A DNA stretch of 64,000 nt from Promethearchaeota archaeon (lineage in GTDB: Archaea > Asgardarchaeota > Heimdallarchaeia > Hodarchaeales > Hodarchaeaceae): NCBI GenBank assembly GCA_048938105.1, contig JBHLMN010000001.1:64001-128000 (forward strand), read 5' to 3'. The translations under genes were made by a program, and so were the position numbers. Of the stretch, positions 20,413 through 31,034 are shown in pieces (position 1 is the stretch's first letter; every line of letters starts with the position of its first letter). Under the pieces are notes generated by a model, which worked only from the letters and a program-made list of their open reading frames with translations, was not told where the DNA came from and made no database searches.

Positions 20413-20955
20413 ATGCCTTTGATTATGATGACTGGATTACCAGGTACAGGGAAAACCTATTTGGCGCTAAACCTAATTGAATCTCTATTACATCATTACA
20501 TCTATTTGAGTACTGACAACATTCGAAGAAATCTTTTTGATTTCTCTCATCATCAATATGTGCCCTTTGGAGATAAATTATACACCCAAGAAAAGCGTGA
20601 TCTTGTTTATAATGCATTATATTTAATTACTGACATTTTATTAACTCAACAACTTTCTGTAATAGTAGATGGTACTTTTTACTCCCAAACAAAAAGACAA
20701 CCACTTTTCACAATTTGCCAGCGGTTAAATCAGAAGTTGATTATCATCAAAACAATCTGTTCTGAGGATAAAATCAAACAACGAATCCAAGGACGAAAAA
20801 CACAAGTAGAAAATACCAGTGATGCTGATTTTAATATTTATATGGAAATCAAAGAAAGATTTGAACCAATAATTCCACCCCATTTAGAAATTAATACAGA
20901 AAAGAATCTACCGTTAATTCTTAAGGAAGTGAAAGCTTATATTGACAGCTTTTAA
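20413..20955 (+). CDS. AAA_33-type P-loop nucleotide kinase
   Basis: GLPGTGKT, STDNIR, VIVDGTF, SDAD. Confidence 0.85.
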   Translation: MPLIMMTGLPGTGKTYLALNLIESLLHHYIYLSTDNIRRNLFDFSHHQYVPFGDKLYTQEKRDLVYNALYLITDILLTQQLSVIVDGTFYSQTKRQPLFTICQRLNQKLIIIKTICSEDKIKQRIQGRKTQVENTSDADFNIYMEIKERFEPIIPPHLEINTEKNLPLILKEVKAYIDSF

Positions 20956-21922
20956 TCCTAGTATGTTAAAGGCACCTTCAGCTTATGATCATCCCATTGA
21001 ATCAATAGAGATACGAGAAACACATATCTCTTGGGTGTTTTTAACTGGACCTTTTGCTTACAAAGTAAAAAAGCCTGTAAAATTCGGAGATATTCTCGAT
21101 TTCTCTACCCTGGATTTACGCAAGAAATTCTGTTACAAAGAAATTGAGTTAAACAGACGATTTTCTCCAGAAATCTATATTGATGTCTTTTCAATTAATT
21201 CAGAGGGTAGGATCGCTGGATCAGGAGAGATCGTGGAATATGGGGTAAAAATGAAACAACTTCCAGAAGAATGTTTAATGAAAAATGTTTTGATGAAAAA
21301 AAGAGTAACAACCGCTACCATTGAAAAAATTGCAATGGTGCTTGCGGATTTCCATAAAAAAACTGTAAAAGTCCCTGAATGGGGTAAATTAAAATATATC
21401 TGGGAAAAGTGGGATGAAAATTTCCGGACTACAGCCCAATTTCGCACTGAAAGCGAAGAATTTCAAAATCAGATCTTTGGTTTCATGCGGGGAAATAAAG
21501 GCTTATTTCAAGAACGTATTAATGATGAACGAATAACGGATAACCATGGAGATCTTTGTAGTAATAATATTTTCATTGTACATGAAGAGGAGATCAAAAT
21601 TTTTGATTGTATTGAGTTTAATCCTCTATTACGATATGGGGATGTGTGTGAAGATGTAGGATTTTTAGCAATGGATCTCGATTATTGGGGAGAATCGAAA
21701 TTATCAAAACATTTTATAAATAAATATGTCGAATATAGCGGAGATGAATTATTACCAGAGATTATAGATTTCTTTAAATGCTATCGTGCATATGTTAGGG
21801 GAAAAGTATATGGGTTTCAAGCAATGAATGAATCCAATCTTCAAAAAAAGGAAGAACAAATAACTCTTTCAAACCGATATTATAATTTAGCACACACATA
21901 CGTCTTAAATTTTGCAAAATAA
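20942..21922 (+). CDS. Aminoglycoside-phosphotransferase-like kinase
   Basis: ETHISWVFL, YKVKKPV, HGDL, FDCIEFN, YRAYVRGKV. Confidence 0.88.
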   Translation: MTAFNPSMLKAPSAYDHPIESIEIRETHISWVFLTGPFAYKVKKPVKFGDILDFSTLDLRKKFCYKEIELNRRFSPEIYIDVFSINSEGRIAGSGEIVEYGVKMKQLPEECLMKNVLMKKRVTTATIEKIAMVLADFHKKTVKVPEWGKLKYIWEKWDENFRTTAQFRTESEEFQNQIFGFMRGNKGLFQERINDERITDNHGDLCSNNIFIVHEEEIKIFDCIEFNPLLRYGDVCEDVGFLAMDLDYWGESKLSKHFINKYVEYSGDELLPEIIDFFKCYRAYVRGKVYGFQAMNESNLQKKEEQITLSNRYYNLAHTYVLNFAK

Positions 21923-21995
21923 AAAAAATGCTTACAATACCATTTCACATCTTATACATGTAATATGCTTGTTTTTGAAGCCGATTTAAGAAGAA

Positions 21996-22982
21996 TCACT
22001 CGGATTTCTGGGTTATTTTAACTTCGAAAGCACGTAAAGTCACCTGTTCCAAGCTCGGTGAATATTGTTGATTCTCACGTGTTTCAACTGCATATGATGC
22101 AAGAGCAGAACCAATTTTAGCAGCCTCATCAATTGGTTTCTTTAATGATATACCGTAGACAAGACCCGCGCGGAATGCATCCCACCAAAACTCTTCTGCC
22201 AGAACTTCTTCTGCTGGACCTTTAGACACTTTCATCTTAAATTCCTTAGAATGGATTACGATTTTTGATCTCTCTACCATAGAAACAATATATATTAACC
22301 GTCTTGAATTTGCTAATATCTCATTACTTGTTTGTTTCATCCGTTCTTCTATTATCTCCAGTTCTTTTTCTGTACAAACCAACACCGTGATTTTATCAAG
22401 GATTTGAGATAATCTCCATTTGACCAATTCATTCATATTCAGATCTGGAGAGTAGACTACAGGAACTCTATTAGCCTGTTCTTGTACCTTTGAAATAAAT
22501 TTAATATCAGCCTCAACCTTTCCTGTCCCAACGAATATAGTATCAAGAGTTTGAAACTCACTTGATTCAAGTTGCTCTGCTAAATTTCTTTCAGCAAAGA
22601 ATCGATAACTATTTTCTTGATCAACAATAAGAATTTTATCCTGTTCATCTTTTATTCTGTAATAACAAGCAGTCTCTTTTTCTGGATGAGTAAAAACTCT
22701 CACGTCAATTCCTGTTTTTTCCAGGTGGGGACGAAAGATCCAATCAAAGTCAGGCCCTACCTGGGATACAATAATCGGATGTGATCCTAAAATTGCCAGA
22801 CCATAAGCGACATTTGCACCCATTCCACCAAATGTTCGTTTAACGTCAGTACCAACTGTAGTAGGATTCTTATTATCCTTATTACATAGAATAGAAAACT
22901 CAGATGAAATAGAGAAGTCAAAATGATAAGTGACCTTTCCTATTACCAGAATCTGTGCCACAAGACCACTTCTTTTAAACAT
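21996..22982 (-). CDS. PfkB/ribokinase-family protein with degenerate anion hole
   Basis: FGGMGANVAYGLA, VGPDF, DAFRAG. Confidence 0.8.
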   Translation of the reverse strand: MFKRSGLVAQILVIGKVTYHFDFSISSEFSILCNKDNKNPTTVGTDVKRTFGGMGANVAYGLAILGSHPIIVSQVGPDFDWIFRPHLEKTGIDVRVFTHPEKETACYYRIKDEQDKILIVDQENSYRFFAERNLAEQLESSEFQTLDTIFVGTGKVEADIKFISKVQEQANRVPVVYSPDLNMNELVKWRLSQILDKITVLVCTEKELEIIEERMKQTSNEILANSRRLIYIVSMVERSKIVIHSKEFKMKVSKGPAEEVLAEEFWWDAFRAGLVYGISLKKPIDEAAKIGSALASYAVETRENQQYSPSLEQVTLRAFEVKITQKSE

Positions 22983-23003
22983 TGAAGTTGTGAATTTCTA
23001 AGT

Positions 23004-23915
23004 TTAATTATTCTTTAATATCGCAATTGAAGCATAACCAACAACTGCACTTTTAGATCCACAAGTCAACCCGCTAGTTGAATAGTTTAGCAATTTAGCT
23101 GATTTCGCCTGTAATCTCTCAGTGAATGAAAGAAGAACTTTAACAGGCCCCACTCCGCACATTGATATGTTATTTTTTTGTACTGCTTCCTCCAATCCTT
23201 CAGGATCTCGATTTAACAAGGGTTTCAAAGCAAACTTATCAAGTGTAGAGACTTGATCGTGATTAAGAATAGGGAAATAATTGCCATGAGTCATATCAGT
23301 ACTAGCAATAGCGATTGTTGAATCTTCAATTCCTTCCTCCTTGATTAGATCAGCTAAATAACTCCCAAAAGATTGAGTAAGACTTGTCGGTAAGTAACCA
23401 ATCGCAATTGGGGCTATTTTAAAGTCTGAAAAAATATCTTGGAGAAAGGGAATCTGTAATTCAATTGAATGCTCGTCCATATGAGCTGTTTCGTCAAAAT
23501 CTATCATTTGTGCCAATTGATCGGGTAATTGATCCTTATTTTCAACTAATTTTCTTAATAATAGCATATTTACTGGAACTTGGCCAAGGGGGGTGTTCCA
23601 GGCATCATAAGGGGCAACTGAAATTTCTGGTCCACGGTGAGAATGTTTATTTCCAAGTAATACCGCTGTATCGATTTCCTTACGATCTTCCGCTAAGGCT
23701 AAAAATCCATGAACAGCAGTGGGAGCAGAGCATGCATAACCAGCATGAGGTGAGACTATCCCCAAAATATTCTTAACGTTTTTCCTTTGATCTAGTGCTA
23801 ATGGTTTTCGGCCTGGGCCTACTTTATGGGAGTACATCGAATGAATTTCATTAATTAGCCGATCTTTTTGGCCAGAATACCAACTACCAGCACGCACAGC
23901 AGCACGAACTCGCAT
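23004..23915 (-). CDS. MEMO1-family protein (AmmeMemoRadiSam protein B)
   Basis: AGSWY, PHAGY, EHSIELQIPFLQ, STDMTH, SMCG, VVGYAS. Confidence 0.93.
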   Translation of the reverse strand: MRVRAAVRAGSWYSGQKDRLINEIHSMYSHKVGPGRKPLALDQRKNVKNILGIVSPHAGYACSAPTAVHGFLALAEDRKEIDTAVLLGNKHSHRGPEISVAPYDAWNTPLGQVPVNMLLLRKLVENKDQLPDQLAQMIDFDETAHMDEHSIELQIPFLQDIFSDFKIAPIAIGYLPTSLTQSFGSYLADLIKEEGIEDSTIAIASTDMTHGNYFPILNHDQVSTLDKFALKPLLNRDPEGLEEAVQKNNISMCGVGPVKVLLSFTERLQAKSAKLLNYSTSGLTCGSKSAVVGYASIAILKNN

Positions 23916-24198
23916 ATTAATTTCAACTCATGATTTGAATTTTTAAAATAGCGTTTTTTTGAAATCGATTGAGTCAGTGCTGGGATGATTTTAAAGTGTT
24001 TTGTAGGCCAATTCTAATACTGATTTATTCCAAAAATTCCTTAAAATTGAAAGATCTTTCACAATGGAGGAATTTCATTTTAGAACTTATAATTTCTATT
24101 GGACCTTGTTACTTCTACTCTAAATTGAAAAAAAATCTAATTTTAATTTCCCCAACTTCAAGCGTTAAAACAATTAAATAATTACTGGAAGTGACTTC

Positions 24199-24681
24199 CT
24201 ATTTCTTAACTACTTGAAAATGCTTTCCTTTCATGATTCCATACTGTTGAATTAAATCTCTATTCTTAGACTTAAATTTAAAATCACCAGTATCCTTGCG
24301 TAAAAATCCTACATAAAATTCTTTTTCATCCTTTTCTAACCATAAATGTATGAAATTTGCAAATTGTGGGTCATCAGATGGTTTTATGCTAAATTTACCT
24401 AGATTTTGTCCTTCGTCTGTAATTTTGAGAGAATACTCAATAACTGGTTTTTCTTCTGTCGATACTTTACGTGGTTTTGTTTTTTCTCTTAATTTCTTCT
24501 CTTCTTCGTCTAAATAAGCAATAGCTAATTGTGTTGCCTCTTTAATTGCATCTTTCATTACTGAGGGATCACTAACATCCAACTCATACTCTATGAAGAT
24601 CTCTTCAGGTTCAAATTGCCTCACTTGAATTTTACGACTCCTCCCTATACGTTTAGGCATTATACGCCATTTATCTTTCAT
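24199..24681 (-). CDS. Hypothetical protein
   Basis: 160-aa ORF in the same transcription unit as nfn; function unknown. Confidence 0.7.
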   Translation of the reverse strand: MKDKWRIMPKRIGRSRKIQVRQFEPEEIFIEYELDVSDPSVMKDAIKEATQLAIAYLDEEEKKLREKTKPRKVSTEEKPVIEYSLKITDEGQNLGKFSIKPSDDPQFANFIHLWLEKDEKEFYVGFLRKDTGDFKFKSKNRDLIQQYGIMKGKHFQVVKK

Positions 24682-24788
24682 GGGGTTCCCACCTTGGCCT
24701 TTAAAGAATTCTTTTACTACTTTTTTATTGCTAATGAAGTTCAGCTAATGAATTAAGTTATAAGTTTTATACTCATATCTTTTTTAAC

Positions 24789-26210
24789 TTATTTCTCGAC
24801 TTGCACTGTTTCTATTTTCCCTAGATCTTTCTCTAATATCATCTCATGGATGGCCTTGGCTGCTTTTCGTCCAGCTTCCATTGCAAGAATAACAGTAGCC
24901 GCTCCAGTAGCAGCATCACCCCCAGTATAAACTCGTTCTCGTGTTGTTTTTCCTGTTTCTTCGTTATGAACCAATGTACCCCACTTTGTAGATTCAAGAC
25001 CTGAAGTTGTTTGGGTAATTAATTGATTTGGTCTTTGGCCAATAGCTATGATTACGGTATCTACAGGAAAAATAAATTCGGTATTAGGGATTGGAATGGG
25101 TCTTCTACGACCAGATTCATCTTTTTCACCCAATTGCATACGTAAACACTTTAATCCAATTACATTCCCTTTTTTATCACCGAGGATTTCCACTGGGGAT
25201 GTTAGTTCTCCTATAAGAACTCCCTCTTCTTTAGCGTTAATGATTTCCTCCAATCTTGCTGGACATTCTCCCTCAGTACGACGATAAATAATATCTACTT
25301 CACGAGCCCCTAGGCGGAGTGCAGTCCGAGCAGAATCCATGGCAACGTTACCTGCCCCAATAACGGCTACTTTTTCACCCACAGACACAGGAGTGTCATA
25401 TTCAGGAAATTGATATGCTTTAAGAAGATTTACACGAGTTAAGAATTCATTTGCAGAATAAACTCCTCTTAAATTCTCTCCAGGTACTCTTAAAAAGTTT
25501 GGTGTCCCTGCACCAGAAGCAATATATACCGCATTGAATTTGTTTTCATTTAAAAGCTCATCAACTGTAACTGTCTTTCCTATTAGAATATCTTTCTCTA
25601 ATCTAACCCCTAGACTTTGTACATATTCTACTTCTTCTTTTACAATTTGTTTTGGCATTCTAAATTCAGGAATTCCATAAATCAATACTCCCCCAAATTC
25701 ATGTAATGCTTCATATACTACCACTTCATGACCATAATTTGCCAACTCAGCTGCACAAGTCAAACCTGAGGGACCAGAGCCAACAATAGCAACTTTGGTT
25801 TTCAATCTTTTATGTGGGGAAGGTTCAGGTCGTTTCCCATGATCTGCAACAAATCTTTCCAGTGCGCCGATACTGATTGCATTGGGGTGTATACAAAACT
25901 CTTGACATTGATTCTCTTGCGGACAAACCCGCCCTGTGATAGCTGGTAGACTGTTAGTAGATAGAATTATCTCTTTTGCCGCATTAATGTCTCCTTCTCT
26001 CATTTTAAGTATAAAATTGGGTATTTGAACATTAACAGGGCATCCTTGAATACACCGAGGCCGTTTACACTGGAGACACCGTGATGCTTCCTCCAGTGCC
26101 TCCTCCTCTGTAAATCCCAGAGCAACCTCTTCAAAGTTTCTAATTCGTTCGTCTGGTTCTTGAACTGCCATACGGACTCTTTGTTTCTTAGTTTTCTTTT
26201 TCTTTGACAT
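24789..26210 (-). CDS. nfnB: NfnB/SudA (GltD-like) large subunit of NADH-dependent ferredoxin:NADP+ oxidoreductase
   Basis: RCLQC..C..GCPV, GRVCPQE.QC, GSGPSG, YGIPEFR, GAGNVAMD, GAATVILAM; adjacent to an NfnA-like gene. Confidence 0.88.
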   Translation of the reverse strand: MSKKKKTKKQRVRMAVQEPDERIRNFEEVALGFTEEEALEEASRCLQCKRPRCIQGCPVNVQIPNFILKMREGDINAAKEIILSTNSLPAITGRVCPQENQCQEFCIHPNAISIGALERFVADHGKRPEPSPHKRLKTKVAIVGSGPSGLTCAAELANYGHEVVVYEALHEFGGVLIYGIPEFRMPKQIVKEEVEYVQSLGVRLEKDILIGKTVTVDELLNENKFNAVYIASGAGTPNFLRVPGENLRGVYSANEFLTRVNLLKAYQFPEYDTPVSVGEKVAVIGAGNVAMDSARTALRLGAREVDIIYRRTEGECPARLEEIINAKEEGVLIGELTSPVEILGDKKGNVIGLKCLRMQLGEKDESGRRRPIPIPNTEFIFPVDTVIIAIGQRPNQLITQTTSGLESTKWGTLVHNEETGKTTRERVYTGGDAATGAATVILAMEAGRKAAKAIHEMILEKDLGKIETVQVEK

Positions 26211-26224
26211 TGTTTTTGCTCCTT

Positions 26225-28072
26225 CTATGACCTCTCTCGGGCCATTTTTTCACCAGCTATTCGTTCTTCATATAAGTAGGCCCTTGATCTACGCGTTAAT
26301 TCCTCGAAATCTACCTTAAGACCATCAAAATTAGGCCCATCCACACAAGCGAATTTAACCTCACCGCCAACAGTCACCCGACAGGCACCACACATTCCAG
26401 TACCATCTACCATTATAGGCGCTAAACTTACTGTAGTAGGTATGTTATGTTCCTTGGTGAAAGCACATGTGAACTTCATCATGGGAATTGGACCAACAGC
26501 AACGACATGGTCGAAATGCCTTCCTTCTTCAACAAAGTGTTTTAAAATATCAAGGCCAAATCCGTGATGGCCCTCTGTACCATCATCAGTAGCAATATGG
26601 AGCTCATCACTCACGGCCCGCATCTCATTACGACATATTAAAAGTGAAGATGTTCTCGCTGATATTATACTTACCACATAATTCCCCAACTCTTTCAAAG
26701 CTTTAGTTTTAGGTAATACTGGTGCAACACCACAACCACCACCTAATACAGCTACTGTACCCCACTTCTTAATTTCGACGGGTTTTCCTAAAGGGCCCAA
26801 GAGATTGAGAATGTGATCACCAGCTTCCATTGTCCCCATAAGCTTGGTACTCTTCCCTATTTTTTGAAAAATCAGTGTTATTGTACCCTTTTCCTTATCG
26901 CTATCAGCTATAGTAAGGGGAATTCGTTCACCATTCTGAATTACTCTAACAATAATAAATTGTCCTGGTTGAGTTTTTTTTGCAATCAATGGTGCTTTAA
27001 CAATCCATCTAACAATTTCTGGAGATAAATCCTCTTTTTCAATGATAGTACATCTACCTTCAGTAAATCTTTGAACACGGATTGGTTCTTCCTTTTTTTC
27101 TTCTTCTTGAACCTCTTTCTCTTCTAACTTAGTAAGATACCTTGAAATTTCTTCTGCTGCTTTAATCCCCTCTGCAGCCCCAACACCTACTACTGAGTCC
27201 CCTCTTGTTGCACTACCTGCTGCAAAAACACCAGGAATATTTGTATCTTGATTAGGTGAATTTACAATAATTCTTCCCTGAGGAGTAGTCGCTAAACCTG
27301 CATCTTGGAATAGCTCGCGGTTTGTGTTCTTACTACTCAGAATCAATACCATCTCTGTTAAAATAGAATATTGTTTTCCGTCCCTGTTTTTGAGACGTGT
27401 TTTTTTCAACCTATCAGTTCCTTCAAAATATAAAACTTCATGTGAATATAGGACTTCAACAAAACTTTCATTTAATCTTCTCATAAGAGCAGGATGGGCA
27501 TCAAAAGCGTCTCGAACAGTAATCAGGTAGACATGCGCGCCCATGGCATCATAATGAAGCGCATTTCGGACAGCCCACGATGTATGTCCAATTACTGCAA
27601 CATTTTTTTCTGTATAATCTCCCTCTGGAAGAGAATAGAATACTCCTTTTCCTCTAAATTTTCCCTCACCAGGAATATCAAGTTTCTTAGGTTGGAGGCC
27701 CGTGGCAATCAATACAGCTCTACTTTCGTACTTAAATTCTTCAGTAAAGAATTCTCCTCTTGTGACTTGGGTATAAATCCGCTTTAGGGGATCATTAAGC
27801 TCAAGATTACTAACTTTTTCGGCATAATTGATAGTTGCATGATACTTTGCTTGTTTAGCCATTTTATCCAGTAGCTCTTGCCGAGTAATGCTAAAGAAGC
27901 CTGGGTAGCCATCTACAGCCATACTGCCTGCGGTAGCTGTTCCAGAACGTGCATCAAGAACAAGAACATATAGTCCTAGTTCTGCAGCCCGTATAGCACC
28001 AGAAAGGCCTGCTGGCCCACCTCCTACAACAATGAGATCCCATATCTGTGAACTCAAAATATTCTTCTCCAA
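26225..28072 (-). CDS. Fusion: thioredoxin-reductase-like flavoprotein domain + NfnA/SudB
   Basis: N half has GGGPAG, ATG, GVFAAG. C half has PGQF, ERIPLT, GPLG, TDDG, MVDGTGMCGACR, CVDGP. Confidence 0.88.
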   Translation of the reverse strand: MEKNILSSQIWDLIVVGGGPAGLSGAIRAAELGLYVLVLDARSGTATAGSMAVDGYPGFFSITRQELLDKMAKQAKYHATINYAEKVSNLELNDPLKRIYTQVTRGEFFTEEFKYESRAVLIATGLQPKKLDIPGEGKFRGKGVFYSLPEGDYTEKNVAVIGHTSWAVRNALHYDAMGAHVYLITVRDAFDAHPALMRRLNESFVEVLYSHEVLYFEGTDRLKKTRLKNRDGKQYSILTEMVLILSSKNTNRELFQDAGLATTPQGRIIVNSPNQDTNIPGVFAAGSATRGDSVVGVGAAEGIKAAEEISRYLTKLEEKEVQEEEKKEEPIRVQRFTEGRCTIIEKEDLSPEIVRWIVKAPLIAKKTQPGQFIIVRVIQNGERIPLTIADSDKEKGTITLIFQKIGKSTKLMGTMEAGDHILNLLGPLGKPVEIKKWGTVAVLGGGCGVAPVLPKTKALKELGNYVVSIISARTSSLLICRNEMRAVSDELHIATDDGTEGHHGFGLDILKHFVEEGRHFDHVVAVGPIPMMKFTCAFTKEHNIPTTVSLAPIMVDGTGMCGACRVTVGGEVKFACVDGPNFDGLKVDFEELTRRSRAYLYEERIAGEKMARERS

Positions 28073-28443
28073 GTATTTGAGAGTTTTTGATTAATTGTTT
28101 CTATTAGGGTGAGTAAATGAGGATATACTAAAAAATTACGTTTCAAAGTAGAAAGAATTTTCTAGTGATATTGAATTTAGTTACATTATTTCTTTGCCTT
28201 GTTAACTTGGTTTATTTTAGTGACAAAAAAGAATTTTTTGCACTTACCTATCTAACTACTATAAAAGAGTCAAAAGTGCTCAATAGAACTGGATAGAAAC
28301 AATAAACAGTCAATAGTCTCACAAAAGAAAATTACATTGTATTTGCGAAAACTTTTGAAGTTGGAGGGAGATGTTACCCCTGACTGTAAACTGTTCCAAA
28401 AAGACTTATTCTCGTCAATAAATTAAAAATGTAAGGAGAAACG

Positions 28444-29382
28444 ATGAATATCGATCCCTTTTTTGAAACGAATATCAAAACAACACCAAATAAGCAAACT
28501 TTCGTATCAAAAGTGGGCTTGATAGGGGTTTTTTTATGTTCTTTTGATACTACTTATGGTTTACAGATCCTATTTTCCATTCCATCAAAATTACAGCATG
28601 ATCAAAATGAAATTAACATCCTGAAGACACATTGTGTATGGAAAATAGAAAATGTACCTCTCCGAATTGACCTGAAGTTTTCAGAATTTGTATATTCAGC
28701 TTTTCAGCTCCAAACGACTTCACAGGAAATAACACCACCGAAGGATCAACCAATTTATGGTATTGTAATAAAAAATTGGAAAGATATTAATCCCATTCCA
28801 AATGAGGTTTATCTTGATTTTAAAACCACTTTAGAATCAAGTATCGCTTCAGAGCTCGGATTGTTATACAAGCGTGAACGATTAGAATCAAATCCTATTA
28901 AAAAAAAGGAATACAAAAAGCTTGTAAAACTCACAGAAAAAACTGAAAGACAACTAAAATCTATGTGGAAGAAATTCTGTATCCGTATTGGTGAAAAGAT
29001 TGATACTTTTACCACAGAGATAATTCCAAGCCCAGTTAATTCTTCCATGGTTCCAATAGAAACAAGTCAATGTGCTCAGGAGTTATTTAAACAGAAAATA
29101 ACCATGAGGATCTTATCATCAGAGGATACAGGGGGATTAATGGTAATTTTAGTTAATCAGAGTGAGCATTTGAAGGATGTATTGATTCAGGTATCAAGAA
29201 GAACTGAATTTTTCAGTGAACCTATCTGGGAGCAAGAACTTGAAGATTGGCCGTTGAAAGAGGATTTAATTTTGGAATTTCCCAGATCCGATGTAGTCGA
29301 AAATTATCTCATCAGAATTAGTAGCAGAAAAACAACGATAGACATAAAATCTCTTGAGGTTGGTACAGCTTCTGTCAGTTAA
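28444..29382 (+). CDS. uDENN/longin-like protein + shared C-terminal beta domain
   Basis: IGVFLCSFDTTYGLQILFSIP matches the uDENN F-D-x-x-x-G pattern; C-terminal domain homologous to those of 29483 and 31035. Confidence 0.65.
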   Translation: MNIDPFFETNIKTTPNKQTFVSKVGLIGVFLCSFDTTYGLQILFSIPSKLQHDQNEINILKTHCVWKIENVPLRIDLKFSEFVYSAFQLQTTSQEITPPKDQPIYGIVIKNWKDINPIPNEVYLDFKTTLESSIASELGLLYKRERLESNPIKKKEYKKLVKLTEKTERQLKSMWKKFCIRIGEKIDTFTTEIIPSPVNSSMVPIETSQCAQELFKQKITMRILSSEDTGGLMVILVNQSEHLKDVLIQVSRRTEFFSEPIWEQELEDWPLKEDLILEFPRSDVVENYLIRISSRKTTIDIKSLEVGTASVS

Positions 29383-29482
29383 CTTAAAGATCACTAGAAT
29401 TAACAATAAAGTTGCAAAAACATTTTAGGTTTTGTAAGATTGATGTATTGCATCAGAGAAAGCTCTTATAATCATTTAAAAA

Positions 29483-30556
29483 TTGCCTAATCTCGAAAAA
29501 AAGGAGAAATATCTAGTTATGAGACATGGGGATCTGTCCCAAGCCACAGATATTGATCAATCAACCACAAATGATACTTATGGATTTTTTCTCTACTTTT
29601 TTGATGAAATTCAAGGGCATGTCCCCCTTTTTGCTTATCCACAAGAATTACTTAATAATAAAAACGAAAAACAGATTATTTCGATTCACAGTATTTGGTG
29701 GCATCAAGATAAGTTCTTAGAATTAAATAAGTTTATCTCCATGGATCTGGAATTAGGAGGAGTTATTTACTGTGCTACTCTCATTTTATGTCAAACTAGG
29801 AGAACTAAAAGACGGTCTGGTATGGATTCTCAGAAATGGCAAGCAGAGAGATTTGTTTTAATCGTAAAAGCCCCCTCGGCGGTCTCTTTCATTGCTCAAG
29901 AGATTTTACATGAATTAAAAACGAGGATACAAGGAGTTATTGGCGAAAATTTGTGTTTTCTAGTAGAAGACCACCTTAAAATGCAAGAAGATCCAGAGTT
30001 TGGAGAACTTCTGAAAAAAAAATCTAATCATATTGAACAAGAGCTTGTAAAGCTGTGTGTCTCGTTAATTCCTAAAACCCCTATATCAAAACTTGACTTT
30101 CAGTTAGAAGGAGGGTCCCAAGAAAAAATAGATGAATTGTTGGCTCCAACCATTCAAACACCACAAGAACAACAAAAGCCCCTGAAAAAACCCCAATTAA
30201 GATTTTCAATACCCATGGGGGATAAGCATAAAATAAAAAGGGAAAAACACGAGGTAACTCTAGCTCCAGAAGCAAAACGTGTAAAAGTAGTAAAAATCAA
30301 GCGTTCTGAAGATGATAAGTTCGTTCAAGTAACTGTTCGTAATAATAGTTTAGATGTTATTAACAATGCTCTTCTAAAAATATATGAATCACAGGGATTT
30401 TTCGGAAACGACATTCTTATTTCGAGGCTGAAGAAATGGGCACCAAATGAGGAGATTTCCATTGAATTTGAGCTAGCTAATACAACTGGAATTATCTATT
30501 TCCTGAAGATTGAAGATGAAAAAGAAACGATAAAAGTAAAAAGAATCGTTGGATAG
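29483..30556 (+). CDS. uDENN/longin-like protein + shared C-terminal beta domain
   Basis: YGFFLYFFDEIQGHVPLFAYP; paralogous to the upstream gene (HSIWW vs HCVWK; MDLEL vs IDLKF). Confidence 0.65.
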   Translation: MPNLEKKEKYLVMRHGDLSQATDIDQSTTNDTYGFFLYFFDEIQGHVPLFAYPQELLNNKNEKQIISIHSIWWHQDKFLELNKFISMDLELGGVIYCATLILCQTRRTKRRSGMDSQKWQAERFVLIVKAPSAVSFIAQEILHELKTRIQGVIGENLCFLVEDHLKMQEDPEFGELLKKKSNHIEQELVKLCVSLIPKTPISKLDFQLEGGSQEKIDELLAPTIQTPQEQQKPLKKPQLRFSIPMGDKHKIKREKHEVTLAPEAKRVKVVKIKRSEDDKFVQVTVRNNSLDVINNALLKIYESQGFFGNDILISRLKKWAPNEEISIEFELANTTGIIYFLKIEDEKETIKVKRIVG

Positions 30557-30567
30557 GATGTAGTAAC

Positions 30568-31017
30568 ATGTATTCAACTAAAGTAAAAGACCTAATGAAT
30601 AAAGAAATAATTGCTGTTAGTGTCAACGATAACCTTGATAAGGTCGCCCAATTGATGTTTGAAAATCATATCGGCTCAATATTAGTACACCAGGATCATG
30701 AACCAATTGGAATTATTACAAAGCGAGATATAATTGAAAGAGTGATATTAAATTGTCAAGATCCTTGTGAAGTAAAAGCAAAAGATGTCGCGACAAGAAA
30801 CCTTATTACGATATCTTCAGGAGAAACCATTAAAGATGCTTTGATGTTGATGTATAAACATAAGATCAAGAGAGTTCTTGTGAAAGATCCTGAAAGTTTT
30901 GAACTAGTAGGAATAATCACAACATATGATTTAATTGCAGCCTTCAACGCATTGGAGCTCCAGTCTTCGTCTCCAAACGAATTCTCATCCTCCATAAATA
31001 AAAAATCCGACATCTAG
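30568..31017 (+). CDS. CBS-pair protein
   Basis: VKDLM, IGSILV, GIITKRD, IKRVLV, VGIITTYDL. Confidence 0.9.
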   Translation: MYSTKVKDLMNKEIIAVSVNDNLDKVAQLMFENHIGSILVHQDHEPIGIITKRDIIERVILNCQDPCEVKAKDVATRNLITISSGETIKDALMLMYKHKIKRVLVKDPESFELVGIITTYDLIAAFNALELQSSSPNEFSSSINKKSDI

Positions 31018-31034
31018 CTTAAGGATGGTAAAAA

